Below are positions 43,747 through 54,153 of a stretch of DNA of 64,000 nt, piece after piece. The DNA is taken from the NCBI GenBank assembly GCA_019416865.1, contig DXWL01000001.1, positions 39,559 to 103,558 on the forward strand, given 5' to 3'. Each line of letters starts with the position of its first letter. Position 1 is the first letter of the stretch. This DNA is from Fusobacterium sp. (GTDB lineage Bacteria > Fusobacteriota > Fusobacteriia > Fusobacteriales > Fusobacteriaceae). The translations under genes were made by a program, and so were the position numbers. The notes under the pieces are model-generated. The model searched no databases, was not told the origin of the DNA, and saw only the letters and a program-made list of their open reading frames with translations.

Positions 43747-44463
43747 TTAATCAAGTTCACTAGGTTTTGAAATCTGGATAAATTTGCATTTATTATGATT
43801 ATAGAATATTTTTGAAAATTCAAAAGGAGTACCATCTGCCAAAAAAGACACCAATTCAATTTTAAGTGTTGCTGCTGCATTAGGAAGCTCAAGTATCTCT
43901 TTCACACTTTTACTTGGTACTGTTGGAAAATATTCTCTCACTGCATTTCCTATTTTGAAACCTTTTTTTCTCAGATATTGATATTTAGAAACCTCTATAT
44001 CTTCAGGTTTCATCTCTTTTATCAAAGCTTTAGGCATATAACTATATTCTAGGGCTATTGGAATATCAGACATATATCTTACCCTCACCACATAATATAC
44101 CTCAGCTCCATCTTCTATTTTTAATTTATTCGCTAAAATAGGATCACTTTTTTTAACCTCAAATTTTAATACTTTTGTTGCAGGATTTTTTCCCTGTTTT
44201 CTCAATCTATCTGTAAATCCTATCATTTCATCAAGATAAAGCTCTATTTTATCTTCTCTGTTGGCTACAAATGTTCCGCTTCCTCTTCTTTGATAAAGAT
44301 ACCCTCTGGACACCAAATTTTGAATAGCCTTTCTCGCTGTCATACGGCTTACAGAAAACACTTCAAGTATTGTGTTCTCTGACATTATTTTATCCCCAGG
44401 ATTGTAAACCTTATTTTTTATAGAATCTATTATTGCATTTTCTATATCTGTTACTTTTGACAT
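43747..44463 (-). CDS. mngR: GntR/HutC family regulator (MngR-like)
   Basis: VSRMTARKAI and RGSGTFV wHTH plus a UTRA domain; divergent from mngA. Confidence 0.8.
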   Translation of the reverse strand: MSKVTDIENAIIDSIKNKVYNPGDKIMSENTILEVFSVSRMTARKAIQNLVSRGYLYQRRGSGTFVANREDKIELYLDEMIGFTDRLRKQGKNPATKVLKFEVKKSDPILANKLKIEDGAEVYYVVRVRYMSDIPIALEYSYMPKALIKEMKPEDIEVSKYQYLRKKGFKIGNAVREYFPTVPSKSVKEILELPNAAATLKIELVSFLADGTPFEFSKIFYNHNKCKFIQISKPSELD

Positions 44464-44647
44464 ATCAAAATCCTCTCATTAAAAACTTTTAATCTTATGA
44501 TAGCACATATTTCATCAAATAAAAAATATAATCTTTTATTTTTTAAATAAGGAACCTTCTTTACTGACTTAGAACAAAATATATAAAAATATTTCAAAAA
44601 AATTATTTACTTTTTTAAAATTATATGCTATTCTTTTATCAAAGACA

Positions 44648-44667
44648 AAAGTTGTATATACAACTTT
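44648..44667. promoter_or_regulatory. GntR/HutC-type operator
   Basis: Perfect palindrome AAAGTTGTATATACAACTTT just downstream of a TTTACT-17-TATTCT promoter (44606-44634) and upstream of mngA. Confidence 0.75.
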
Positions 44668-44689
44668 AAAAATTTTTAGGAGGCTTTTT

Positions 44690-46609
44690 ATGGATTTTAA
44701 TAATATTACAAACAAAAATTTAATTAAAATTGCTGCTGAGTATACTTGCAAAGAAGATGCTATAAAAAATATGGTTAAATTAATGGCAGAAAATGGTATA
44801 CTTTCAGATGAAAACGAGTACTTAAATGCTGTCCTTGAAAGAGAAAAACAAGGAGCAACAGGAGTAGGTCTTGGTTTAGCAATACCTCATGGAAAATCTA
44901 AAAGTGTAAAAAAAGCTGCTGCTGCTTTTGCTACACTAAAAAATAAAATTACTGACTGGGAAAGTATAGAAGATGATGATGCTATTGAACTTGTTGTTCT
45001 TCTAGCTATTCCTGAAACTGAAGCAGGAAATACTCACATTGATATACTTACTTCTTTAAGTACAAAACTAGCTGATGATGATTTCAGAGCTTCTCTTCTT
45101 AATTCAAAAACTCCTGAAGAATTACTTGAAAACTTAACTAAAGACACTAAAGCTGAAAAAACTGAAGTTTCTTCTGAAAAATTAGTTGTTTGCGTTACTG
45201 CTTGTCCTGCTGGAATTGCTCACACATATATGTCTGCTGAAGCTCTTGAAAAAGCCGGAAGAAAACTTGGAGTAAAAGTAAGAGTTGAAAAACAAGGAGC
45301 AAAAGGATTTGAAGACAGAATCACAGATGAGGAGCTTGATAAAGCTTGTGGAGCTATATTTGCAACAGCTGTAAGTGTTAAAGAAAGAGAGCGTTTCAAC
45401 GGACTAGAAATTATAGAAGTTGGGGTAGCTGAACCTTTAAAAAGAGCTGCTGAACTTGTAGAAAAAGCAAGTACATTTACAAGACTTGCTCCAAGAGATA
45501 AAAATATTGTTTCTTCATCTTCAGAAAATACAGAAAATGAAAAAATAAGTTTCAAAGAAGAAGCTAAAAGAGCACTTCTTACTGGAATATCTTATATCGT
45601 TCCATTAATTGTTGCAGGAGGTACTGTTCTTGCAGTGGCTGTTCTAATTGCACAAGTTTTCGGACTTCAAAGTGTGTTTGGTGAAAAAGGAAGCTGGTTA
45701 TGGCTGTACAGACAATTAGGTGGAGGTATGCTTGGTACTCTTATGGTTCCAATGTTAGCTGGATATATCTCTTTCTCTATAGCTGAAAAACCTGGTCTTG
45801 CTCCTGGTATTGCCGGTGGTATTGCTGCCAACCTTATCAGCAGTGGATTTATCGGTGGGGTTGTTGGAGGATTTATTGCAGGTTATACAATGAAATTCCT
45901 TAAAAACAATCTTAAAGTTAATAAAAACTTAAACGGATTTTTAATGTTCTATCTTTACCCAGTAATCGGAACTTTAGTAACTGGTTCTTTAATGCTTTTC
46001 GTTGTTGGAAAACCTGTTGCTGCTATAAATATGGGACTTACTAACTGGCTAAATGGATTAACAGGAACTAATGCTGCCCTTCTTGGAGCTGTAATCGGAG
46101 CTTTTGTTTCTTTTGACCTTGGAGGTCCTGTAAACAAAGCTGCATATGCTTTCTGTATAGGGGCTATGGCTAATGGAAACTTCATTCCTTATGCTGCATT
46201 CTCATCTGTAAAAATGGTTTCTGCATTTACAGCAACACTTGCTACTACACTAAAACCTAAATATTACAGTGAAGAAGAGATTGAAGCTGGAAAATCTACT
46301 TGGCTTCTTGGTCTTGCAGGAATCACAGAGGGAGCTATTCCAATGATGATTGAGGATCCTTTCAGAGTTATACCTGCATTTATTTCAGGTTCTTTAGTTA
46401 CTGGAGCTATTGTTGCAATGGCTAATATAGGACTTCAAGTTCCTGGAGCTGGAATTATCTCTATGCTTGTTCTTGAGCCAAATCCTACTTTCTCTAAACT
46501 TGCATCAGCTGGAATATGGCTTGGAGCTGCTTTAGTTGGTACTGCAATTTCTACTGTAGTTCTTACCATATTAAAAGCTCAAAGATATAATAAAAAAAAT
46601 AGTTTATAA
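44690..46609 (+). CDS. mngA: Fructose-family PTS EIIABC, 2-O-alpha-mannosyl-D-glycerate-type
   Basis: AIPHG (IIA), ACPAGIAHT (IIB) and DLGGPVNKAAY/GITEGAIP (IIC) motifs; adjacent to a GH38 gene. Confidence 0.8.
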   Translation: MDFNNITNKNLIKIAAEYTCKEDAIKNMVKLMAENGILSDENEYLNAVLEREKQGATGVGLGLAIPHGKSKSVKKAAAAFATLKNKITDWESIEDDDAIELVVLLAIPETEAGNTHIDILTSLSTKLADDDFRASLLNSKTPEELLENLTKDTKAEKTEVSSEKLVVCVTACPAGIAHTYMSAEALEKAGRKLGVKVRVEKQGAKGFEDRITDEELDKACGAIFATAVSVKERERFNGLEIIEVGVAEPLKRAAELVEKASTFTRLAPRDKNIVSSSSENTENEKISFKEEAKRALLTGISYIVPLIVAGGTVLAVAVLIAQVFGLQSVFGEKGSWLWLYRQLGGGMLGTLMVPMLAGYISFSIAEKPGLAPGIAGGIAANLISSGFIGGVVGGFIAGYTMKFLKNNLKVNKNLNGFLMFYLYPVIGTLVTGSLMLFVVGKPVAAINMGLTNWLNGLTGTNAALLGAVIGAFVSFDLGGPVNKAAYAFCIGAMANGNFIPYAAFSSVKMVSAFTATLATTLKPKYYSEEEIEAGKSTWLLGLAGITEGAIPMMIEDPFRVIPAFISGSLVTGAIVAMANIGLQVPGAGIISMLVLEPNPTFSKLASAGIWLGAALVGTAISTVVLTILKAQRYNKKNSL

Positions 46610-46681
46610 CACTCATATCTGTACCTGCAGTTTCAAAAATCTGTAGGTACAGATAAATTTTTAAGATTTCAAGGAGAAAAA

Positions 46682-49309
46682 ATGAATAAAAAAGTTCATA
46701 TAGTCCCTCATATGCACTGGGACAGAGAATGGTATTTTACAACAGAAGAATCAAGAATACTTCTTTTGAATAATATGGAAGAGATTTTAACTCGTTTGGA
46801 AAATGACCCTGATTACAAATACTATGTTTTAGATGGTCAAACTTGTATTTTAGAAGATTTTTTTGCTATCAAACCATATGAAAAAGAAAGAGTAAAGAAA
46901 TTAGTACAAGCAGGAAAGCTTATCATCGGACCTTGGTATACTCAAACTGATGAGATTATTGTACACGGAGAATCAATAGTCAGAAATATGATGTATGGTA
47001 TCAGAGATTGCAGAGAATTTGGAAAATATATGGATATAGGTTACCTTCCTGATTCTTTTGGGCAAAGTGAACAGATGCCTCAAATATTAAATGGATTTGG
47101 TATTGAAAGATCTATCTTCTGGAGAGGAACTTCTGAAAGACATGGAACAAACAAAACTGAATTTTTCTGGAAAGGATATGGAAACAGCAAAGTTTTAGTT
47201 CAGTTAATGCCTCTTGGATATGCTATAGGAAAATATCTTCCTACTGACAGAGCTGCTCTGAAAAAAAGAATGGATGAATATTTTGGAGTTCTTGACCCAA
47301 AAGCAACAGGAGAGAATATTCTTGTAGCAAACGGACATGACCAAATGCCTATTCAACAAAATATTTTTGAAATAATGGATATTTTAAAAGAGATGTATCC
47401 TGATAAAGATTTCTTTATGAGTAGCTACGAAGATCTTTTCAAAGAACTTGAAAAAGATACTTCTATATATGATACAATTTCTGGAGAATTTCTTGATGGT
47501 AAATATATGAGAGTTCATAAAAGTATTTACTCTACAAGAATGGATATAAAAAATATTCATGCTAAACTAGAACATAAACTTGTAAATATTCTAGAACCTC
47601 TTGCTTCAATAGCTTGGACTCTTGGATTTGAATACTATCACGGACTTTTTGAAAAAATATGGAAAGAGCTTATGAAAAATCATGCTCATGATTCAATCGG
47701 ATGCTGCTGCAGTGATGAAGTTCACAGACAGATTATGGCAAGATTCAAACTTGCTGAAGATATGATTGATAACCTTATAACTTTCTATAAGAGAAAAATT
47801 GTTGATGCTGTTCCAAATAGATATGGAATTGATAAAATTGGAGTTTTCAATCTGCTTCCTTATGAAAGAACAGAGATTGTTACTGCAAAAATCAGAACTA
47901 AAATGAAAGATTTTTCTATAAGAGATGAAAAAGGAGAATTAATTCCATATTCTATAGTTAAACAAGAGATAATTGATGCAGGACTTATTGACAGACAGTT
48001 GGTTCACTATGAAAATTACGATCCTTTCATAGAATATACTCTTGAATTTGAAGGGAAAACTCTTCCTTCTATGGGATATAGAATCTACCATATTACAGAT
48101 GAAAAATATGAAACTGTTTCTGTTCCTGAAAAATCAGAAAATAATGTTATAGAAAATAAAAATTATAAAATTTCTATCAATAAAAATGGTACCATAAATA
48201 TCTTAGATAAAAAATCAGACAAAACTTACAAAGATATTTTATTAATTGAAGAGGGTTCAGATGACGGAGATGAATACAACTATTCACCTGTTAAAAATGA
48301 TTGGGTTATTTACTCTGAAGAAGCTGTAGCTGAATTTTCTGTAAAATATAGCAAATTTTCACAAGAAGCTAATATCTCTTTTGAAATGCCTGTTCCTCAA
48401 AATTTAAAGAGCAGAGCTGAAAAAATAAAAGATTCTGTTCTTCATATAGAAACAAAAATAAGACTTGAGAAAAACTCTGATATTATAAAAATTAATATGA
48501 GCATAGACAATAAAGCTATTGACCACAGAGTAAGAGTTCTTATCCCTACAGAAATAGCTTCTAAATTCTCTTACAGCGACAATCAATTTGGAACTATCTG
48601 CCGTCCTGTAGAAGAGGAAACTTTAGCTGTATGGGAAAAAGAAAATTGGAAAGAAAAACCTGTTTCTATAAATCCAATGCTGTCTTTTGTAGATATCCAC
48701 AATGAAAAAAATGGAGCTGCTGTACTTACAAATGGATTGAGAGAGTATGAAATCATTGGAGATAATTTTGATACTATCGCCATTACTCTTTTCAGAAGTG
48801 TAGGAGTTATTGGTAAAGAGGATTTAGTATACAGACCTGGAAGACCTTCTGGAATAAAAATGGAAACTCCTGATTCTCAAATGATTGGAAAACTTGATTT
48901 AGATTTTGGAATTATCTTCCATGAGAAAGATTATATTTCTGCTGATATTCCACAAAAAGCAAAAGAATATTCTTCTGAGCTTTCTGTCTACAATAAAATG
49001 CCTTATAACGCTATGAAACTTAATCCTGTTTCTTTCACTACTCCTGAATCTTATTCAGTTATGAATGCAGAAGGAAAAGCTGTTATCAGTGCTGTAAAAA
49101 AAGCTGAAGATCAAAACAGATTGGTTATCCGTCTGTTTAACCCTTCATATGAAAAAAATATATCTGAAAAATTATCTCTTAATAAAGAGGTAAAAAGTGC
49201 TTTCTTTGGAGATCTTAACGAAAATTTAAAAGATGAAATCTCTGCTAAAGATAATACTGTTCAGATTGATGAAATCACTCCATGTGAATTTAAAACAATA
49301 ATTATATAA
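46682..49309 (+). CDS. mngB: GH38 alpha-mannosidase / mannosylglycerate hydrolase
   Basis: HMHWDREWY, LDGQT, PDSFG, GHDQMP and HAHDSIGCC motifs. Confidence 0.88.
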   Translation: MNKKVHIVPHMHWDREWYFTTEESRILLLNNMEEILTRLENDPDYKYYVLDGQTCILEDFFAIKPYEKERVKKLVQAGKLIIGPWYTQTDEIIVHGESIVRNMMYGIRDCREFGKYMDIGYLPDSFGQSEQMPQILNGFGIERSIFWRGTSERHGTNKTEFFWKGYGNSKVLVQLMPLGYAIGKYLPTDRAALKKRMDEYFGVLDPKATGENILVANGHDQMPIQQNIFEIMDILKEMYPDKDFFMSSYEDLFKELEKDTSIYDTISGEFLDGKYMRVHKSIYSTRMDIKNIHAKLEHKLVNILEPLASIAWTLGFEYYHGLFEKIWKELMKNHAHDSIGCCCSDEVHRQIMARFKLAEDMIDNLITFYKRKIVDAVPNRYGIDKIGVFNLLPYERTEIVTAKIRTKMKDFSIRDEKGELIPYSIVKQEIIDAGLIDRQLVHYENYDPFIEYTLEFEGKTLPSMGYRIYHITDEKYETVSVPEKSENNVIENKNYKISINKNGTINILDKKSDKTYKDILLIEEGSDDGDEYNYSPVKNDWVIYSEEAVAEFSVKYSKFSQEANISFEMPVPQNLKSRAEKIKDSVLHIETKIRLEKNSDIIKINMSIDNKAIDHRVRVLIPTEIASKFSYSDNQFGTICRPVEEETLAVWEKENWKEKPVSINPMLSFVDIHNEKNGAAVLTNGLREYEIIGDNFDTIAITLFRSVGVIGKEDLVYRPGRPSGIKMETPDSQMIGKLDLDFGIIFHEKDYISADIPQKAKEYSSELSVYNKMPYNAMKLNPVSFTTPESYSVMNAEGKAVISAVKKAEDQNRLVIRLFNPSYEKNISEKLSLNKEVKSAFFGDLNENLKDEISAKDNTVQIDEITPCEFKTIII

Positions 49310-49310
49310 T

Positions 49311-49338
49311 AAAAAGGAAGGTTTAAAACCTTCCTTTT
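49311..49338. terminator. Bidirectional terminator between mngB and phoR
   Basis: AAAAGGAAGGTTT/AAACCTTCCTTTT inverted repeat. Confidence 0.75.
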
Positions 49339-49343
49339 ATTCT

Positions 49344-51038
49344 TTATTTCAGCAGAGTAAATATAAATTCAGATCCTTCACCCTCATTTGAATGAACCTC
49401 AATCTTTCCTCCACACATATCAACTGTCTCTTTTACAATAGAAAGTCCCAGTCCTGTTCCTGCAACATTACTTGTTCTTGCTTTATCAACTCTGTAAAAT
49501 CTTTCAAAAATATTTTCTTTTTCAGATTCAGGTACTCCGATACCGTTATCTTTTACAGAGATTCTGTATCTGTCTGCTTCCTCTTTAATAGTAACTATTA
49601 TATGAGGTTTATTTGTATTATAAGTCATTCCATTTTCAATAAGATTTTTCAATACAGTTACTGTTTTTTCAAAATCTATATTCATATAATCATTTTCATC
49701 TTTAAGGTCTGTTTTATATTCTATTACAGCTCCAAGTTTTTTAACTTTTCCGTTAAGAATTTTCTCTATCTCATCTCTTACCCTTTCAAAAGGTACAGGA
49801 GCAAGATTTATAATTTTTGAACTTTCTATTTTGGAAATATTCAGAAAATCCATTGTTATATTTTCAAGTTTTTCCACATTATTTCTTATTATTTCAAGGA
49901 AATTTTTCTGCAGTTCTGCTGGAGCATCTTCAAGAGCAATCAGATATCCTTTTATATTTGTAAGAGGAGTCTTAAGCTCATGACTGACATTTGCGATAAA
50001 ATTCTTTTGTACTTCTCCCAACTCTCTGCTTCTTGTAATATCTTTTATAGTAATTAAAAACTCTTTTTTAAATTCAAGGTATTTTACAGTTACAAGAAGA
50101 TACTTCTTAAGCTGAGATATAAATATCTCCTCTTTTACATTTTCCTTATTTTTTATCCCTTTTCCTATTACATTAAGAATCTCTATATATTTAACCTTTT
50201 GATAAAGACTATCAAGTTTTCCCTCAACATACAGATATCCAAGAGCATTATTTTTCATTTTTATTTTTGATTCTTCATCTACTAAGATTATTGACAGATC
50301 CACAGCAGAGATAACTCTTTTAAGTCTTGTTTTCTCTTCGTTAAGTTTTTTGATGTTTTTCAGATTTTCCTTCTGCCAGTCCCTTACAACTTTCCAGAAT
50401 TTAACCAGCCACACATCACCTTTAGAGTATATTGTTTTTATCTCATCTCCACTTTCAAGAGCCTCTCTCATACTCTCAATTTTTTTGTACAGATCTCTTT
50501 TTAAATAATTTCTGTAGCAAATATATATGGCAATATTAAGAATGATAAAGAAAAATACTTGAGTCAACATAAGCACCCTTATATCATTTATTTCTTCATC
50601 ATAATCTATTGAAGTTCTTATTACTGCTTTTTTTCCGTCAGCAGCCTCATAAAGAAGTCCATAATAGGCCATAGTTTTTCTCAAAGTTTTACTTTTTCTT
50701 ATTGCAAACCCTTCTCCTGTTTCAACAGCCTCTTTTACCTCTTCTCTGTTTTTATGGTTTGCCATCTCATCTTCTTTTGTGTATCTTTCAGAGTCATAAA
50801 GAATATCTCCGTTAAGATCAATCAGAGTAAATCTTTTCTTTACACTTCCAAACATATCTTGGAAATTTGATTTTGTATAATAATCTTTAGTAAGCTGCTT
50901 TACCATTAAAGCATCTTCTTTCAGAGCTCTTTTTGCACCGTCGCTGTACATTCTCGATATTTTGCCCATATATGTATTGACGAAAAGAATCTCTAAAAAC
51001 AGAATAAAAATCAGGGCAATTATCTCTTTTCTTCTAAT
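49344..51038 (-). CDS. phoR: Phosphate regulon sensor histidine kinase (start uncertain)
   Basis: SHELKTPL, NLIEN, DNGIG, FYRVDK and GTGLGL motifs. The open frame extends upstream of the ATG at 50969 through a TM helix. Confidence 0.88.
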   Translation of the reverse strand: MRRKEIIALIFILFLEILFVNTYMGKISRMYSDGAKRALKEDALMVKQLTKDYYTKSNFQDMFGSVKKRFTLIDLNGDILYDSERYTKEDEMANHKNREEVKEAVETGEGFAIRKSKTLRKTMAYYGLLYEAADGKKAVIRTSIDYDEEINDIRVLMLTQVFFFIILNIAIYICYRNYLKRDLYKKIESMREALESGDEIKTIYSKGDVWLVKFWKVVRDWQKENLKNIKKLNEEKTRLKRVISAVDLSIILVDEESKIKMKNNALGYLYVEGKLDSLYQKVKYIEILNVIGKGIKNKENVKEEIFISQLKKYLLVTVKYLEFKKEFLITIKDITRSRELGEVQKNFIANVSHELKTPLTNIKGYLIALEDAPAELQKNFLEIIRNNVEKLENITMDFLNISKIESSKIINLAPVPFERVRDEIEKILNGKVKKLGAVIEYKTDLKDENDYMNIDFEKTVTVLKNLIENGMTYNTNKPHIIVTIKEEADRYRISVKDNGIGVPESEKENIFERFYRVDKARTSNVAGTGLGLSIVKETVDMCGGKIEVHSNEGEGSEFIFTLLK

Positions 51039-51697
51039 TTGTACCCGACCCCCTTCACTGTTTTAATATTGTCTGCAATACTTTTTACTTTCTCTCTCAG
51101 TTTTGAAATATATATATCCACTGATCTGTCCCCTGTGTAGTAATTTGATTCCCACACTCTGTCTAAGATTTTTTCTCTTGAAAGAACTATCCCCTGATTT
51201 TTAATCAGAAGCAGAAGCAGATCAAATTCTTTTTTGGAAAGTTCAACTTCTTCCTCTCCATCTTTTACAACTCTTCTTTTCTCATCTATCACTACCTGCT
51301 GAAAACTGTATCTTCCAGATTTTCCAGCATTTTTTCCCTCTAGGAATTTTTTAGCACGAAGTATAAGCTCTCTTGGATCGAAAGGTTTCTTCATATAATC
51401 ATCTGCCCCAAGCTGCAGCCCTTCCAAAACATCTTCTATCTCTGTTTTGGCTGTAAGCATAATTATTATAGGCTCTCCATATTCTCCAGGCATATCTCTG
51501 ATGATACTTGTAAAATTCTTTCCATCAAGGCTTGGAAGCATAATATCCAGAACTATAAGGTCAGGTTTGAAGCTTTTCACAGCCTTCAGTCCTTCCAGCC
51601 CATCTCCCGCTGTCTGCACTTCGTAATTTTCCTTTTTGAAAAAATAGCTTACCAGCTGTTGAATCTCCATATCATCTTCTACAATTAATATCCTCAT
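51020..51697 (-). CDS. phoB: OmpR-family response regulator PhoB/PhoP
   Basis: Receiver domain (LDIMLP, KPF) plus wHTH (TVKGVGYK); pst-phoU context. Confidence 0.9.
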   Translation of the reverse strand: MRILIVEDDMEIQQLVSYFFKKENYEVQTAGDGLEGLKAVKSFKPDLIVLDIMLPSLDGKNFTSIIRDMPGEYGEPIIIMLTAKTEIEDVLEGLQLGADDYMKKPFDPRELILRAKKFLEGKNAGKSGRYSFQQVVIDEKRRVVKDGEEEVELSKKEFDLLLLLIKNQGIVLSREKILDRVWESNYYTGDRSVDIYISKLREKVKSIADNIKTVKGVGYKLEEKR

Positions 51698-51712
51698 AGT
51701 TCCTCCTAACTA

Positions 51713-52429
51713 TTACTCTTCGTTTTCTTCTTTGCTTTCATCTTCCCTGTGCTTTTCTTTTTCTAAAAGCTCTACAATTCTCATATTTTCTCCGCTGAAT
51801 GTGTAGATTGAACTCATTGTCAGTTGTTTTATCTTATCTGCCACTCTCTCATATTTTTTATTGATAAGAAGCATTAAAACTCCTGCCTCAATATTTTTAC
51901 TGTCCTCTTTCATCTGACTTACAATAATACTGTCAATCTCCCCTCTTCTTTCATTTATCTCCTCATCCATTCCCAAAAGAACATAGGCCTTTTTTCCATC
52001 TTTTTCTATAAAAGATTGAATATATTTTTGGAATATGTCGTTTATTTTAGAGATAAATTCCTCTAAAATTCCAAAATCCCTCTCCATATTCCCCTCTTTT
52101 TTTTCTATCTGTCTTAAAAGCATAAGAGAGTCTAAAAGCAGATCTCCCATTCTTTCAAGCATTTTACTAGATTCAATAAATGTTATAAGGGCTCTTAAAT
52201 CACTTGCAGCAGGTTGAAATCTTGCCACTGTCATTACTGAACTTTCTTTTACTTTTACATCAAAGGCATTTATTATATCTTCTACAAGTTTTGCTTCCCC
52301 ATATAGTCCTCTGTCAAAATGGTCAAGCTTTAACATATCTATATTTATTCTGAAAAGTCTGTCTACATTTTTACAAAGCTCTATATAGTGTTCTGTTATT
52401 CCGTTTAAACTTTCGTGAAGGTTTCTCAT
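51713..52429 (-). CDS. phoU: Phosphate signalling protein PhoU
   Basis: QPAASDLR, LERMGD and YERVAD motifs. Confidence 0.9.
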   Translation of the reverse strand: MRNLHESLNGITEHYIELCKNVDRLFRINIDMLKLDHFDRGLYGEAKLVEDIINAFDVKVKESSVMTVARFQPAASDLRALITFIESSKMLERMGDLLLDSLMLLRQIEKKEGNMERDFGILEEFISKINDIFQKYIQSFIEKDGKKAYVLLGMDEEINERRGEIDSIIVSQMKEDSKNIEAGVLMLLINKKYERVADKIKQLTMSSIYTFSGENMRIVELLEKEKHREDESKEENEE

Positions 52430-52497
52430 CGTATCACTCCTTAAATTTATTTTACCACATTACCATAGAAATTTAAAAAATTTACTATAAATTATTT

Positions 52498-53259
52498 CTA
52501 TCCGAATTTTCCTGTAATATAGTCTTCTGTTTTTTTCTTATTAGGTTTTGTAAAGATTATATCTGTCTTATCAAACTCCTCTAATTTTCCTTGATAGAAG
52601 AAGCCTGTGAAATCAGAAATTCTAGCTGCTTGCTGCATATTGTGAGTTACAATTATAATTGTATAATCTTTTTGAAGTTCTCTGATAAGTTCCTCAATTT
52701 TTAAAGTCGAGATTGGGTCAAGAGCTGATGTTGGTTCATCCATCAAAAGTATCTCTGGTTTTACAGCTATGGCTCTTGCAATACAAAGTCTTTGCTGCTG
52801 CCCTCCTGAAAGCCCAAGTGCAGATTGGTGAAGCTTATCCTTTACCTCGTCCCAAAGAGCAACTGATTTTAAGCTGTTTATAACTATCTCATCCAACACT
52901 TTTTTATCTTTTTCTCCGTGAAGTTTTGGACCATAAACAATATTTTCATATATTGTTTTTGGGAAAGGATTAGGCTTTTGGAAAACCATTCCTACTTTTT
53001 TTCTAAGTTCAACAATATCACTGTCTGAATCAAAAATATTTTTTCCGTCAAACTCTATTGTTCCCTCATATTTTACTCCTTCAATAAGATCATTCATTCT
53101 GTTTATAGATCTTAAGAATGTAGATTTTCCACACCCTGAAGGGCCTATAAGAGCTGTTACTTTATTTTTCTGAATCTCCACATTTATATCCTTAAGAGCA
53201 TGAAACTTATCATAAAAGAAGTTGAAGTTTTTTACTCTAAGTCTTACTGTATTTTCCAT
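52498..53259 (-). CDS. pstB: Phosphate ABC transporter ATP-binding protein
   Basis: [17 protein letters not shown] and EDYITGKFG motifs; RBS GGAGG before MENT. Confidence 0.96.
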   Translation of the reverse strand: MENTVRLRVKNFNFFYDKFHALKDINVEIQKNKVTALIGPSGCGKSTFLRSINRMNDLIEGVKYEGTIEFDGKNIFDSDSDIVELRKKVGMVFQKPNPFPKTIYENIVYGPKLHGEKDKKVLDEIVINSLKSVALWDEVKDKLHQSALGLSGGQQQRLCIARAIAVKPEILLMDEPTSALDPISTLKIEELIRELQKDYTIIIVTHNMQQAARISDFTGFFYQGKLEEFDKTDIIFTKPNKKKTEDYITGKFG

Positions 53260-53300
53260 TTTTCGAATTTCCTCCTTCAAATACTTAATCATTTACAAAA

Positions 53301-54143
53301 TTATCTTTTGCTGAATCTCTTTCTAAGAACTGCTCCCAGAAGATTAAATCCAACTGTTATTACAACTATTACTAAAACTGTTCCGTTCATAATATTTTCA
53401 GGCATATTAGGCACCTGAGTTGCTATTACATACAGATGATATGGAAGAGCCATTACCTGATCCCACACTGAAATTGGAAGGAAAGGAAGATAAAATGCCG
53501 CTACTGTAAACATAATAGGAGCTGTTTCCCCAGCTGCTCTTGAAATACTAAGAATTATCCCTGTAAGTATTCCAGGAAGTGCTGCTGGAAGAACTATTTT
53601 CCAAGTTGTTTCCCACTTTGTTGCTCCAAGAGCAAGAGATGCTTCTCTCAAATCTTTTGATATTGCAAGTAATGCTTCCCTTGTAGCTGTGATTATTACT
53701 GGCAGACACATTATTCCAAGAGTAAGAGCTCCTGAAAGAATTGATGAACCAAACTGTAAAAATATTACAAATAAAGACATTCCGAAAAGTCCATATATAA
53801 TACTTGGTATACCTGCAAGATTCACTATTGTAAGATTTATAATTCTTCTTACAATATTATCTTTTGAATATTCTACTAAAAATATCCCTGTTAAAATTCC
53901 AAAAGGTACAGACACAGCTATTGTTCCTATTGTTAAATAAATACTTCCCACTATTGCAGGGAAAATTCCCCCTGCCCTCATTCCATCTGAAGGCATATCT
54001 GTCAGAAATCCCCATGAAATTGCAGGAACTCCTTTAAAAATTATATATATTGTTATAACTGCCACAGGAAATACTGAAAGATATCCAACTCCTTTTATAA
54101 TTCCCTCTATAACCTTTGCACTTTTTCCTTTTAATATACTCAT
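53301..54143 (-). CDS. pstA: Phosphate ABC transporter permease
   Basis: LAGIPSIIYG and RAAGETAP motifs. Confidence 0.95.
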   Translation of the reverse strand: MSILKGKSAKVIEGIIKGVGYLSVFPVAVITIYIIFKGVPAISWGFLTDMPSDGMRAGGIFPAIVGSIYLTIGTIAVSVPFGILTGIFLVEYSKDNIVRRIINLTIVNLAGIPSIIYGLFGMSLFVIFLQFGSSILSGALTLGIMCLPVIITATREALLAISKDLREASLALGATKWETTWKIVLPAALPGILTGIILSISRAAGETAPIMFTVAAFYLPFLPISVWDQVMALPYHLYVIATQVPNMPENIMNGTVLVIVVITVGFNLLGAVLRKRFSKR

Positions 54144-54153
54144 CTTCTGCTCC

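Noticed and set aside
50341..50352. 12-nt match (TTAAGTTTTTTG) to the predicted TnpB guide inside phoR
   Set aside because: Low-complexity AT-rich match that is expected by chance, and the TAM is unknown.
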